38,327 nucleotides of DNA from Promethearchaeota archaeon (GTDB lineage: Archaea > Asgardarchaeota > Lokiarchaeia > Sigyniarchaeales > SOKP01). Location of the stretch: the NCBI GenBank assembly GCA_016930515.1, contig JAFGGO010000171.1, positions 1 to 38,327 on the forward strand. The letters are read 5' to 3'. Position 1 is the stretch's first letter. Every line of letters begins with the position of its first letter. The notes beneath the pieces were generated by a model, which had not been told where the DNA came from, ran no database searches, and saw nothing but the letters and a program-made list of their open reading frames with translations. Shown here one piece after another: positions 18,615-29,449 of this stretch. Position numbers and translations under genes: made by a program.

Positions 18615-19754
18615 GTGAATTATTCCTTAATCATGGTTGCAAATCTTTTGGTTTTATCGATATCAGTAGCATTGCTGGTTCTTACCTGCGTTATATATCA
18701 AAAAAGCCGTAAGAAACGGACGAATATAAAATATCTTGTGGCTTGCTTGAGCCTTATTGCATTTTCAAACACTCTTGTTGGAATAGACCTTAAAAACCTG
18801 GTTATCGTGATGATTCTTACAATTCTCTTGCCCTTGGGTTTTATAATGTTATTTTTTCACTACGAGGGTATTTCTCGTCCCCGACCTAGGCTTAGCGTCT
18901 TCATTTACCTTCTTACCTTGTTTATTGTTTCGGCTTCGTTTAAAGCAATGATATTGATATACATGGGTTTAAACAATCAATCTTTTGATGTCACCTACCA
19001 AGAGTTAGGGGTCACCAGCGATTCGTTCGTAAACTTGCTCTTAAATGTTGCTAGACTATCCCAATCGATATTATCTTGCTTAGTATTTTTAATAGCAGTA
19101 TTTGTAATGAAAAAAGCACAGAAAATCATGAAGATGAGGGCCACCATCATCGAGTTGATTGGGCTGGTCTTTTTAGTCGTATATGGTGCACTATATGTTA
19201 TCAGAGACCTTTTCTTCTACGCCAATTACGACCTTTTAACGTCGATAGCTTTAATCTTCAGCTTGATCGGGCTTTTACTCATAGTATACAATTTTCTCGT
19301 GCATCCAGATTACTTATACCTGTTACCATTTCCCATCTTTAAATTCATGATCTTTAACGAGAACGGCATTTCCTGCTATGTGAGAAGCATAGAAAAGACG
19401 AAAGATGGGATTGACACGCGCGGAGACATGGATCAGCTCATGGCAGGTGCGTTCACGGCGATTTCGAACATGTTTAAAGAAGTACTTGGTGCCGGAACGA
19501 ACATTCGTTATATCGATGCTGATAAATTCATCATCTTCGTCACTCCCCTTCCGCAGAAAAGAGGCGTGCTTGTCGTCATTTCTCCCGCAGAGACTGCTCT
19601 TTTCAAGGATTCTATCAAGCGATTCACGCGCACCCTTTCACCTAGCCTTCTTGAAAAAATTAACGGTGTCGTCGAAATTAACGAATTAAGACCTGAAATC
19701 GACGCATTGATAAGGACATCCTTTCCTTATGTCCATTTTTCGCAAGGAGAATGA
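18615..19754 (+). CDS. Seven-TM membrane protein with C-terminal longin-like domain
   Basis: Seven hydrophobic segments followed by FMIFNENGISCY...DQLMAGAFTAISNMFKEVLG...IRYIDADKFIIFV...VLVVIS, a longin-type beta-beta-alpha-beta-beta-beta-alpha pattern. Confidence 0.7.
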   Translation: MNYSLIMVANLLVLSISVALLVLTCVIYQKSRKKRTNIKYLVACLSLIAFSNTLVGIDLKNLVIVMILTILLPLGFIMLFFHYEGISRPRPRLSVFIYLLTLFIVSASFKAMILIYMGLNNQSFDVTYQELGVTSDSFVNLLLNVARLSQSILSCLVFLIAVFVMKKAQKIMKMRATIIELIGLVFLVVYGALYVIRDLFFYANYDLLTSIALIFSLIGLLLIVYNFLVHPDYLYLLPFPIFKFMIFNENGISCYVRSIEKTKDGIDTRGDMDQLMAGAFTAISNMFKEVLGAGTNIRYIDADKFIIFVTPLPQKRGVLVVISPAETALFKDSIKRFTRTLSPSLLEKINGVVEINELRPEIDALIRTSFPYVHFSQGE

Positions 19755-19935
19755 AGCTGTCCAATAACACGATATATTCGTTATTATTTTTTTTCTATTA
19801 TTTTTACCCGTTTTATAAAAAAAAAGATATAAAAACTGGAGCTCGATACCTAGTTTAAATAAATATTGAAAGTTGCACTATAAATTACTTATCGTGCGCT
19901 TTTTAAATACACACAAATCTTTGTAATACATACAG

Positions 19936-20706
19936 TTGATAAAGATGACTCTAAACATGCTATTTTCTATTGTACCAGCAACTGGAATGTCTGAGGATAT
20001 GCAAATAATCCTTTTAGGCATCACACTTCCCATTATTGGATCAATTATCACGGTGCTCATATTTCCGAGGTTGCTTGCACCCCTTTTTTTGAAAGCCAAG
20101 AACAAGATCTTGAGCAAGAAGTATAAGGACGCTTTCATCCTCGTTAAACCACGGGCATTAAAAGGAAAAGTCATCGCCAAGCGATTGATCTATGTACTGG
20201 CGATCTCCATTGTTTTCCTTCTATTACTCGTCGATCTTTTGGATCCAACTCAATGGCTTGATGCTGGTTCGCTGCAATCGTATGCTGATCAAGGTATTGA
20301 CCCCAAATACCACATTACTTTCCTTCTGACCTGCATGGGATTGATGTTTCCTATTGGAATGGGAATCTGGGCAATATCTTGGGCAATCGAAGATTCTGGA
20401 CTTGTTCATTACATGTTCCGCGAGGACGGTTATTATGAGATCGAGCCAATTCACATCCGTTATACTCTCTATGTGAAGGGTTTTGCGAGCTTGGCATCCC
20501 TCGCGTTCTTATTCCAATATTTCTACGACAATATCTTGTTGGACCGATTTTCAGACTCATTGCTCGTTTTTGCAATCCTGCTCGTGGTAGTTGGTATATT
20601 CGTTCCAGCATATTTTATTTACGCAAAAGTCATGAAATCGAACGATTACTTAAAAAAAGGGCTTGAAGAAGTCAAGACATTGAAAGAAAGCGATATTAAG
20701 AAATAA
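19936..20706 (+). CDS. Hypothetical multi-pass membrane protein (true start may be ATG 19945 or 19957)
   Basis: 256-aa ORF with about five hydrophobic segments, followed by a T-rich tract. Confidence 0.7.
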   Translation: MIKMTLNMLFSIVPATGMSEDMQIILLGITLPIIGSIITVLIFPRLLAPLFLKAKNKILSKKYKDAFILVKPRALKGKVIAKRLIYVLAISIVFLLLLVDLLDPTQWLDAGSLQSYADQGIDPKYHITFLLTCMGLMFPIGMGIWAISWAIEDSGLVHYMFREDGYYEIEPIHIRYTLYVKGFASLASLAFLFQYFYDNILLDRFSDSLLVFAILLVVVGIFVPAYFIYAKVMKSNDYLKKGLEEVKTLKESDIKK

Positions 20707-20863
20707 ATTATTTATTTTTGTTTTATTTTTTTAATACTTTTTTTGATATTTTTTTAGATCATACCATCTTATAACTTTTTCATACCGCTTTAAATGCTAT
20801 CTTTCTTTTATCTATATATTAAAATAATATCTAACATAATCATTCTGTTCAAGACGATATTAA

Positions 20864-21328
20864 ATGTTCTCGTTTAACGAAATTGGAATTGTAAAAAATA
20901 AAATATTTCAAACAGAAGGGGCGTTTCAGCGAAGACATGACATGTCTACGATCTTGGTGCACGATGAATACAAGAAGGGACTTTATGGCATCGAAGAACA
21001 CGAATACTTGCATGTCTTGTTTTACCTTCACGAAAGCCAACCCAAGGACTTAAAATTAGACGGTCTTGAGTATAAGGGAGGTTTTAAGGGAGTATTTGCC
21101 TCTAGAGCTCCAAATAGACCCAGCTTGATCGGATTGACAACGGTGAGATTATTAGAACGCAATGGTCGAGAATTGATTGTCTGGGGTTTGGATACCATAA
21201 ATGGAACACCAGTGTTAGATATTAAACCACTTGCACTTGATATGGATATGTTTTACGCAATGGAAGCCGAGAAAATCGTTGAAATATATCCCACATTGGA
21301 TGCAATGAAATGTAAAGAGCGAGCGTAA
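20864..21328 (+). CDS. trmO: TrmO/TsaA (YaeB) family SAM-binding tRNA m6t6A37 methyltransferase-like protein
   Basis: GLYGIEEHEYLHVLFYLH, GVFASRAPNRPSLIGLT, GLDTINGTPVLDIKP. Confidence 0.85.
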   Translation: MFSFNEIGIVKNKIFQTEGAFQRRHDMSTILVHDEYKKGLYGIEEHEYLHVLFYLHESQPKDLKLDGLEYKGGFKGVFASRAPNRPSLIGLTTVRLLERNGRELIVWGLDTINGTPVLDIKPLALDMDMFYAMEAEKIVEIYPTLDAMKCKERA

Positions 21329-21336
21329 AACCAAGC

Positions 21337-22514
21337 CTATTCAAAAGGTTTGTTACACGACCAGCAGGATTCTCCCTTCTTTTTCAATATATCCACGCAT
21401 TTCATGCAATAATATGTCTGGCAATTTCGACACAAATACAGTTCTCCCACTTCAATGAGACCTTTGTGAACCGGACAAGTGTATTGTGCCTTTATAACAG
21501 CTATTTCAGTCTCATTACTTTCTTTTTTATCTTCAATCCTGGCAATTTTAGCTGATGCGAGCTTTTCAGGAGATTTAACTGATGCTTTAGGAGTTAAAGT
21601 CTTTTTTGGAGGAATTTGTGTCCGGGAACCTTGTAATTTTGAACTGAATGTCGTGTGAAACCATTTTGATCCCGAATTAGAGCTTTTTTTATACAGGAAG
21701 ATAGCAAACACCCCAAAACGATGACGACGAAAACTATTACGGCGATCCAAGGGTACTCATCTCCTAAAGGAGGACGATCTTCATCGATCGGAAACAAGAT
21801 AGGGAGCATGTCTTGGATACCTGGAGCACTTAAAATATTGTATGGTACGTCCCCAATCCCATCGCCGTCCAAATCCTTTCCCTCGTAGTCGCTCCAATAA
21901 TTGCCGATTTCAATCGTATTCCAAGAGTTATCCCCAACATTACTGTAATCCTGCGCTTGAACGGAATTATCGACAAAAATATTGTTAAAAAGTATGTTAT
22001 CGTGATTAAAGTTACCAGAAACGAAAACATCTACGACCTGATTGCTTGACATGTTATTTGAACTGCACTCGATGTCCCAATTCGACCAGTTCATATAAAT
22101 TCCATCCAAGTTAGAAGTAATCTTGTTATCGTGTATTTCGTGGGTGTTTGAGTCATTCAATTCGATTCCATTCTGATTTTCCCTTGCGATATTTGCTCCT
22201 AGAATTCCATTCATGCAATTTTCCAGAATTATTTCTGATCTCGAATTGTTGATTGCAATATTAGCGGTTATTATAATGTAATCCGAATCCCAAATGCGGA
22301 ACCCGTACTCAAAATTATGGGACGCGTTGTTTCCTAAAATCTTGTTGCTGTCAGAATAGTTAAGAGAAAAACTATGCGTATTACAAAGTGCAATGTTTTC
22401 AGAAAATTCGTTAAAATTGCTTTGATTACAGAGCGAGATTCCTGCGTAATTATTATAGTTAGCCGTATTTTTCGAAATATTAGAAGAAATAAACGAATCC
22501 TCGAATATCCCAAA
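21337..22514 (-). pseudogene. 5'-truncated, frameshifted beta-helix/TM/RING-like receptor gene
   Basis: The frame is open from 22514 (no ATG or signal peptide) through beta-helix repeats and GNYWSDYEGKDLDGDGIGD. One extra G in the run at 21711-21714 would restore TM WIAVIVFVVIVLGVFAIFLY and join the Cys/His zinc domain (21355-21477). Confidence 0.85.
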
Positions 22515-22888
22515 TTATGAAATGTATATTGGGAGATAGGAAGATATTTAAATCAAATTACGATTAATTATAAAATATTAACTATTAAATTTTAATTATT
22601 CTTGTTATATCTTTAAAGCGTTGTTCAATTTTTTACCAAATCAGTCCACATATAAATAGATACGATGATTGTTAAAAATCCTCTAAAATCATATTAAATA
22701 CCGTTTCATCATCCTTTAGATTGTAAATATAAAATAGATAGTATGAAAAATAAGCAAAAGGCAGATACGCAATATCTTTTAATGGTGAAAAATTTAAATT
22801 CTTATAACAACTACAATACTTTAATTAAATAATTGTTTATACAAATAGTCCTGCGTTTTATTAAAGATTCGAGCGATTTTTAATAACA

Positions 22889-24118
22889 ATGGCGCAGGAC
22901 CTAATAACACCATATATTACATATCAAGATTTTACGAGGAAAATTAGGGGTTCGGCACACATGATTGTATCTTTTCCGAATATGGGACCAAACTGGGTGG
23001 CGTTCAAGACATTCTTCGAAAAGAACGGGTGTGAGGTGATAGTACCTGAACCGACGAATAGAAACACCATCAAGTTTGGCGTGAGGCATAGTCCGGAGTT
23101 TGTTTGTTTTCCGTTTAAGGCAACAATAGGAGACTTTAAGAATGCTTTAGATAAAGGTGCTGACACTCTCGTGATGGCGGTAGATTGCGGTCCTTGTAGG
23201 TTCGGATTCTACGCCAGCGTTCAGGAGCGAATTTTGAAGGACTTAGGATACAATAATTTCAGATTGATTCCCCTCGAACAAGGAGACTTGCTCACTTTTG
23301 ATTGGGTTAAAACACTATTTAAAACGTCTCCTTTCACCGATCACAAGCGCTACACCAGCGCTGTGAAAGCAACGATTTTTTTCCTCAAAAAAGCCAAGCT
23401 CACAGAAGACATTCAGACCGCAGAAGGTATTTTTCGGGCGTACGAAGAGGTTCAAGGCGACACAACTCGTATTGTCAACGATCTCCTACACAAGCTCGAC
23501 GAGACAAACACGCTGAATGGTTTGCGAAATTTTCGCACTGTCATCAAGGATATGTTTAACGCAATGGATCTCGATAGAACTCGAGATCCCTTGAGAGTTG
23601 GACTCTCGGGTGAGATACACATCAGCTTGGAGCCTTATGTCAATTTAGATGTGAGAAAAAAGTTTGGCGAGCTTGGTTGCGAAGTACACCAATCGCTCAG
23701 CCTCTATGACTGGATCATGCACAAGTTACATCTCAACTATCACCGAAAGTGGTTTGAACATTTAGCAAAACCACATCTTCCCATGGACATCGGTGGCGAA
23801 TGTCAATGGGTTATCGGCGAATACATAGATAAAGCGAACGCAGGATTCGATGGATTCGTCCATTCTTACCCCTTTACTTGCATGCCCGAGGTCACGGCTC
23901 GAACGATCATTACCAATAAGCTTAAAAAAATGTACGATTTGCCCGTGTTATATTTCTCGTTCGATGACCAATCGGGCGTTGAAGGCATGCGTACGAGAAT
24001 AGAAGCGTTTATCGACCTCATAGAAGGTCGTCGCAAGAAATATTCTGACAAGGAGGCTCAAAAAGAATACGGAAACCACTTTTGTCTCGAATGCATTAAA
24101 TTAGTACAAGCAAAATAA
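22889..24118 (+). CDS. CoA-substrate-specific enzyme activase-associated / 2-hydroxyacyl-CoA dehydratase-like subunit (COG3581-like)
   Basis: VSFPNMG, SPEFVCFPFK, GPCRFGFY, GEIHISLEP, YPFTCMPE and FDDQSGVEGMRTRIEAFIDL; adjacent to an activase. Confidence 0.8.
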   Translation: MAQDLITPYITYQDFTRKIRGSAHMIVSFPNMGPNWVAFKTFFEKNGCEVIVPEPTNRNTIKFGVRHSPEFVCFPFKATIGDFKNALDKGADTLVMAVDCGPCRFGFYASVQERILKDLGYNNFRLIPLEQGDLLTFDWVKTLFKTSPFTDHKRYTSAVKATIFFLKKAKLTEDIQTAEGIFRAYEEVQGDTTRIVNDLLHKLDETNTLNGLRNFRTVIKDMFNAMDLDRTRDPLRVGLSGEIHISLEPYVNLDVRKKFGELGCEVHQSLSLYDWIMHKLHLNYHRKWFEHLAKPHLPMDIGGECQWVIGEYIDKANAGFDGFVHSYPFTCMPEVTARTIITNKLKKMYDLPVLYFSFDDQSGVEGMRTRIEAFIDLIEGRRKKYSDKEAQKEYGNHFCLECIKLVQAK

Positions 24119-24135
24119 TAATTATAAAGAAAGGA

Positions 24136-25170
24136 ATGAACCGAATTATGGTTGAAGTTTCAGATAAAATTATAAACGAAGAAAACAAGAAAAACGCCTT
24201 CCTTGGAATTGATGTAGGCTCTGTAAGTCTCAAGTTTGTTTTAATAGATCTTGACGGAAAAGTCCTCACGAACGTGTTCTTGCGCAACACGGGTTCGCCT
24301 ATCGAATCGGTCAAGGACGGCATGGCAAAGTTAAAAGAAACAATCGACGCCGATGAAAAGCTCCAAAAATACGCCATCCGAGCCTGTGGAACGACGGGTT
24401 CTGCCAGATACCTAACAAAAGCCATTGTTGGCGGTGATCTCGCCAAGACGGAAATCATCGCACACGCCGTTGCCACGCAGTCCATGTATCCCGATGTGAG
24501 AACGATCCTCGAAATAGGCGGTCAGGACTCGAAGATCATTATTCTCCGGGACGGCATCATCATCGATTTTTCCATGAATTCCGTGTGCGCTGCGGGTACA
24601 GGATCTTTCTTGGACCATCAAGCTGCTCGATTGGGCATTAGAATTGAAGAATTTGGAAATTATGCAGTGAAATCGAACAATCCAGTGTCCATCGCTGGTA
24701 GGTGTACTGTGTTCGCAGAGTCTGACATGATTCACAAGCAAAACGCCGGACATTCCCGAGAAGACATCATTGCTGGCCTTTGCGACTCTTTGGTTAGAAA
24801 CTATCTTAATAATTTATCAAAAGGTAAAGAGCTCGCAGAACCGGTCGTGTTTCAAGGTGGCGTCTCGTTTAACAAGGGGATCGTGCAAGCATTCGAGCGA
24901 AACCTCGGGTGCAAGGTCATAGTGCCCAAGTACAACGTGCTCATGGGTGCTCTTGGCATGGCAATCCTGGTAAGGGATCATTTCGTTGACAACGAGACCG
25001 AAACCGTTTTCAGAGGGCTAGATGTTGCAGATCAGGAATTCAATACGTCAACTTTTACGTGTTCTGATTGTCCGAACAATTGCGAAATCGTTCAGGTCAA
25101 GATGCCTTCCGACGAGAACCAAGTCATTGCTCGCTGGGGTTCAAGGTGCGGAAAATGGGAGGTGTTCTAA
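24136..25170 (+). CDS. Acyl-CoA dehydratase activase (BadF/BadG/BcrA/BcrD, HgdC-like ASKHA ATPase, 4Fe-4S)
   Basis: GIDVGSVSLK, EIGGQDSK, MNSVCAAGTGSFL, GRCTVFAESD, FQGGV and C-terminal CSDCPNNC. Confidence 0.92.
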   Translation: MNRIMVEVSDKIINEENKKNAFLGIDVGSVSLKFVLIDLDGKVLTNVFLRNTGSPIESVKDGMAKLKETIDADEKLQKYAIRACGTTGSARYLTKAIVGGDLAKTEIIAHAVATQSMYPDVRTILEIGGQDSKIIILRDGIIIDFSMNSVCAAGTGSFLDHQAARLGIRIEEFGNYAVKSNNPVSIAGRCTVFAESDMIHKQNAGHSREDIIAGLCDSLVRNYLNNLSKGKELAEPVVFQGGVSFNKGIVQAFERNLGCKVIVPKYNVLMGALGMAILVRDHFVDNETETVFRGLDVADQEFNTSTFTCSDCPNNCEIVQVKMPSDENQVIARWGSRCGKWEVF

Positions 25171-25377
25171 ATTTCGGACATTCTCAAGAACTTTCTAAAA
25201 CAATTTAGTGAGTTCAGCGAAGAGATCCTCGAAACGATCAAGCACAAGGCGCGCCTTTCGACCGTGTTTGATGTGTTTCTCGAAAAGGTGATTCCAACAT
25301 TCGTTAACGAGACCGATCTCAAGGAGTATTACGAGAAACGCATGGAAGAAATAAACGAATTTATCTATAAGTTATAA
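25171..25377 (+). CDS. Unannotated 68-aa helical protein, probable ATT start
   Basis: Open frame (I/M)SDILKNFLKQFSEFSEEILETIKHKARLSTVFDVFLEKVIPTFVNETDLKEYYEKRMEEINEFIYKL*, GGAGGTG at 25158-25164 six nt before the ATT, and coding-like composition. Confidence 0.6.
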   Translation: MSDILKNFLKQFSEFSEEILETIKHKARLSTVFDVFLEKVIPTFVNETDLKEYYEKRMEEINEFIYKL

Positions 25378-25405
25378 TCTAATCCTTGTATTTTAAATAA
25401 ATTCA

Positions 25406-25795
25406 TCATTCTTTAGTATAATTTTCAATATAGTAATTCAATACTTTTTCGAAGGCTTCGTCCAATAGTGGTTCTTGTTTTGGATCTGTTAAAATTCCTT
25501 TAAGCTTATTTCTAATTAAAGATAGGATCATTTTGAGTCCTTCAATTCGTATGGCAGGAGTTACGTTCCCTTTTTTCCTTTCTTCGTTTAAATCCTCTTT
25601 ATGCACTACTTGATAATCTGCCAAAACTCGCCAAAAAAGGCCTCTTATTGCCGCATCTGAAAGAGGAAGATACTCGCTAAGAATTTTCGAAAACTCTTTT
25701 ATGATCTTTTTCTGATAATTGGACAAGTGCAATACTTTGTAGTAGTATTCTAATTCTTTGGTAAAATTGGGTTGAAGATTGATTTTGTCAACCAT
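25406..25795 (-). CDS. Hypothetical helical protein
   Basis: 129-aa ORF filling the intergenic space; no motif recognised. Confidence 0.6.
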   Translation of the reverse strand: MVDKINLQPNFTKELEYYYKVLHLSNYQKKIIKEFSKILSEYLPLSDAAIRGLFWRVLADYQVVHKEDLNEERKKGNVTPAIRIEGLKMILSLIRNKLKGILTDPKQEPLLDEAFEKVLNYYIENYTKE

Positions 25796-26132
25796 TTTAA
25801 CTCAATTTTCTATTTATAGCTTTCACAATTGGATCGTTTTAACAATGAAAACACATGCTAAAAAAGTTATACTATTTTTTAAAAGAAATACAATAATATA
25901 TTTTCAAGTACATAAACGCCAAATCTTAGGTGAAATAATAAAAAAATGGCGTCAAAATTTTTAAAGAATTTTTAAATCGTTTTGTATAACTTAAGATATC
26001 CTGTAAAAAATTCATGAGTTCGATGTTATTTATTTGTAAGATCTTTTAATTGAGAGAGAAAAACAAGGATTTCTTTATTATTTATATTGTGTTAAATCGT
26101 GGAACATTCCTAAATGAAAGAATTTCCTTAAA

Positions 26133-29100
26133 TTACAATTCTAAATCTTTTCCACAAGCCCAACAAGATTCTCCTTTTTCTTTCAAAGCATTAGCGCACG
26201 ACTTGCAATAGAACGCCTTACAGTGAGGGCAAAGGTAAATATTCGTACCTTCAACGGGCCCTTTATGGACAACGCACAGGAACTCTTGCGCTTGAACTTG
26301 AAGCTCGGATTCGGTTTTTACGAGCTCCTCCACTTCTGCTTGCGTGCTAGGCTTATGATCAATAGGGGGAAGCTTTGATTTTAGAGAAGAAGATTTCGGA
26401 AAAACCTTGTTTAAAACAATACTTTTTTCAGTTTTTTGTTTCAATATAGGAGATATATCTAGGTTTGAAGTAGAATCGACTTTTTTTCTTTTTATTATCT
26501 TTATCGCACTTCCTAATATCGTTATCACGCCTAATACTAATAATGTTGAAAAAATCACGATAGCTATCAAGTTGGGCGGAACGATCGTAGGTGATACAAT
26601 CACGGTCATGTTTGCTGTTGCCATGTCTCCATTAGCGTCGATTACCGTAAGGGTAACAATGTAATTACCTCTCGTATTAAACGAATGAGAGGGAGTTGGG
26701 CCGTAAAAGACAGGTCCTTCGTCCCCAAAATCCCAACTATAGTTCAAGGGATCGTTTCCACCGATGACTTCGTAAGCAAATTCGATTGATTGCCCGATAG
26801 TGGCGCGAAGCATTGAATTGATGAATTGGACACGGGGTACGGAATCGAAGTGGATTTCAACGAAATCTGTTTTTATTGTTTCAGAACGGTCACCATCAAC
26901 ATCAACGATTACGAGGCTCACGGTAAAAGTGCCATTTACGTCGTAGCGATGAACGGGACTCTCCAAGTTAGAGATATTACTCTCGTCCCCAAAGTTCCAA
27001 TAAAATTCGGGAGAGCCGTTCCCAATGGACCCGTTAAATTCAAAGTATATCGATTGCCCTTGTATGACTTGGGTGGCGTTCGCAAAAAATTCGGCAACTG
27101 GTTGATAATCAAAAAGAACATTAACGCAATTTGGTATTGAAAAGTTATCGATATCACCTGTCGCATCGATCACGGATACATTCACCGTAAAGGTGCCGTT
27201 ATTCGAATACACGTGTGAGGGATTTTTAGAGCGAGAGACGGGCGTTCCATCGCCAAAATCCCACTCGTAGGTGAGGGCAAGGTTGCCTCCCGTGCCCGTG
27301 TAAGAAAATTGTACTGACTGTCCCGCGATTATTTCGGCGTGGCTAAATTCGAAATTCGCGATTGGTTTGGAGTCGTTCAAGGGATGCTCGTCTTGGTTTG
27401 TAATCGTTGCTCCATTGGTAATGTTATATGGCTCCATTCCCGTGCCGTTTTCGTAAAAACTTCCGACGTAATCGCTCCAATAATTGCCGTGAGTCCCGTT
27501 TTCCCACGAATTTCCAATACCACCACCACCTTTATCGCAGGAATTATTTACCTGATTATTGACAAGTGAGTTGAGCCATATCTTATTACAGTCGGTAAAA
27601 TATCCCAAATATATCCCATAGTCCTGGTTCTCGACGAGGGCATTTCCAATCATTTCGTTATAATATGCTCCACTAAAATCGGTAAAGTTTATCCCAGATT
27701 CTTCGTTATATTTGAGTATGTTTTCCGATATGATGTTATTTTCAGTGGAAAAAAATTTTATTCCGGATTCAGTATTATTGCATATTATATTTTCCGATAT
27801 GGTGTTATCTTGGCTAGCATCATATAATTCTATTCCAGATCGGGTATTATAACAAGCTATATTTCCCACTATGGAGTTATTATGGGAACTACTTAACGAT
27901 ATTCCCCGAAACGAGTTAAAACTCGCGTTGTTTTCCAAAATGGTATTGTAATTACTGTTATCGTACAATCCTATCCCATTTTCTACATTATAATAGACAG
28001 TGTTTTCCGTGATATAGTTATAATCGCTTTCGTGATCCACGCATATTCCGTGCCGAATATTATTGAACGCTAGATTTTTTGAAACAATATTTCGGTCGCT
28101 ATTATCCAGGTATATTCCACGATATATATTATCGTATATTATATTTTCAGAAACGAGATTTTCATAACAATCATCGATGCGAAGTCCATTATTTTCGTTG
28201 AAACTTACATTATTTTCCGAGATCGTGTTATTGTGGCATTCCGATTCGAAAAATAATCCTGAAATCTTGTTGTAAAACGCCGTGTTTCCTTTTATCGTAT
28301 TAAAAGTATCCAATCCGAATTGCATTCCGTAGTATGAATTATTAAATGCGAAATTATATGAAATATTGCACGAAAAACAATCTTGAATTGAGAATCCACT
28401 ACCTAATTCTTGGAAACTAGCTTTATTCCCCACGATAATGCAATTACTACTATTACTGACGAAAAATCCCTCCCAACTTTGTTCGGTTACGTTATTATTT
28501 AAGATGTTCGTATTAGGACTATTTTGAACATATATACCTCTATCACAATCTATTTCGCTTGATGCGTTAAACACGGTGTTTTCTGAAACAGTGTTTCCAA
28601 TACATTCGTATAACCGTATACCTCTAAATGAATTATCGTATACGCTATTGTTCGCAACAACATTGCTGTTACAATTCATATATAAAGATATTCCGCCTTG
28701 TCTATTCAAGCTTACATTGTTATCCAGAACGAGATTATTTTCGCAATCTTCGTACAAGAAAATCCCTAAACCAGCATTATTTGAACAGTTGTTTCCAAGT
28801 ATTTGTCCATTCGAAGAGTTAACTAATTTTATGCCCGCATTTAAATCAGGGAAGGTTCCCTCGTTAGAATTGGTACAGGTGCAATTACGAATAATGAAAT
28901 AAACCTGCGAATTGCTGATCGTGATGCACGAACTTATGTTCTCTCCATCAATGGCGATATTTTCGATGATGTAAGGATCTTCGAATGTCCCGTTACCGCT
29001 GCACCAAACTTCGCTTGCTGCTAACGATACCCAATTATCTGGGGTTAGCTCGTCTATTACAATGGAAGATACGAGCGTCCAAGAACCTAAACATTCAGGA

Positions 29101-29258
29101 TCATTAAATATTAAATTTTTATTATTTTCACCAATGTTCGAGAGAATTGGTTCCTTGGTTGTTACCATGAAAGTACAAATTAAAACTAAAACAACAAGGA
29201 GGTTTTTTTTCTTGCTTCTACCTTGGAGCCTTGATCCTGCTGTTTTTGGTGGGCACAT
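26133..29258 (-). CDS. Single-pass receptor-like protein: signal peptide, NosD beta-helix, 3 PKD domains, TM, cytosolic RING-like zinc domain
   Basis: Beta-helix repeats, GNYWSDY, PKD signatures YEWDFGDG/YWNFGDE/YSWDFGDE, TM LIAIVIFSTLLVLGVITILGSAI and C-terminal CVVH-x11-CPHC-x4-CKSC-x10-CWAC (26154-26276). Confidence 0.88.
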   Translation of the reverse strand: MCPPKTAGSRLQGRSKKKNLLVVLVLICTFMVTTKEPILSNIGENNKNLIFNDPECLGSWTLVSSIVIDELTPDNWVSLAASEVWCSGNGTFEDPYIIENIAIDGENISSCITISNSQVYFIIRNCTCTNSNEGTFPDLNAGIKLVNSSNGQILGNNCSNNAGLGIFLYEDCENNLVLDNNVSLNRQGGISLYMNCNSNVVANNSVYDNSFRGIRLYECIGNTVSENTVFNASSEIDCDRGIYVQNSPNTNILNNNVTEQSWEGFFVSNSSNCIIVGNKASFQELGSGFSIQDCFSCNISYNFAFNNSYYGMQFGLDTFNTIKGNTAFYNKISGLFFESECHNNTISENNVSFNENNGLRIDDCYENLVSENIIYDNIYRGIYLDNSDRNIVSKNLAFNNIRHGICVDHESDYNYITENTVYYNVENGIGLYDNSNYNTILENNASFNSFRGISLSSSHNNSIVGNIACYNTRSGIELYDASQDNTISENIICNNTESGIKFFSTENNIISENILKYNEESGINFTDFSGAYYNEMIGNALVENQDYGIYLGYFTDCNKIWLNSLVNNQVNNSCDKGGGGIGNSWENGTHGNYWSDYVGSFYENGTGMEPYNITNGATITNQDEHPLNDSKPIANFEFSHAEIIAGQSVQFSYTGTGGNLALTYEWDFGDGTPVSRSKNPSHVYSNNGTFTVNVSVIDATGDIDNFSIPNCVNVLFDYQPVAEFFANATQVIQGQSIYFEFNGSIGNGSPEFYWNFGDESNISNLESPVHRYDVNGTFTVSLVIVDVDGDRSETIKTDFVEIHFDSVPRVQFINSMLRATIGQSIEFAYEVIGGNDPLNYSWDFGDEGPVFYGPTPSHSFNTRGNYIVTLTVIDANGDMATANMTVIVSPTIVPPNLIAIVIFSTLLVLGVITILGSAIKIIKRKKVDSTSNLDISPILKQKTEKSIVLNKVFPKSSSLKSKLPPIDHKPSTQAEVEELVKTESELQVQAQEFLCVVHKGPVEGTNIYLCPHCKAFYCKSCANALKEKGESCWACGKDLEL

Positions 29259-29449
29259 ATTATTTCGACTTTATTGTCTTCCTTGTTTTATATTATAATT
29301 ATCGCATTTATTATAATTTTTCGAATAATGCACTTCTTATTTAAATTTTTTGAACGATCAGAATATGGTAGGAATATATGGTGAATGTTTCTAAAATACC
29401 TTTAGGAGAAGTAAGACAATAAAAATATTATTAATAATTACGGCTAATA

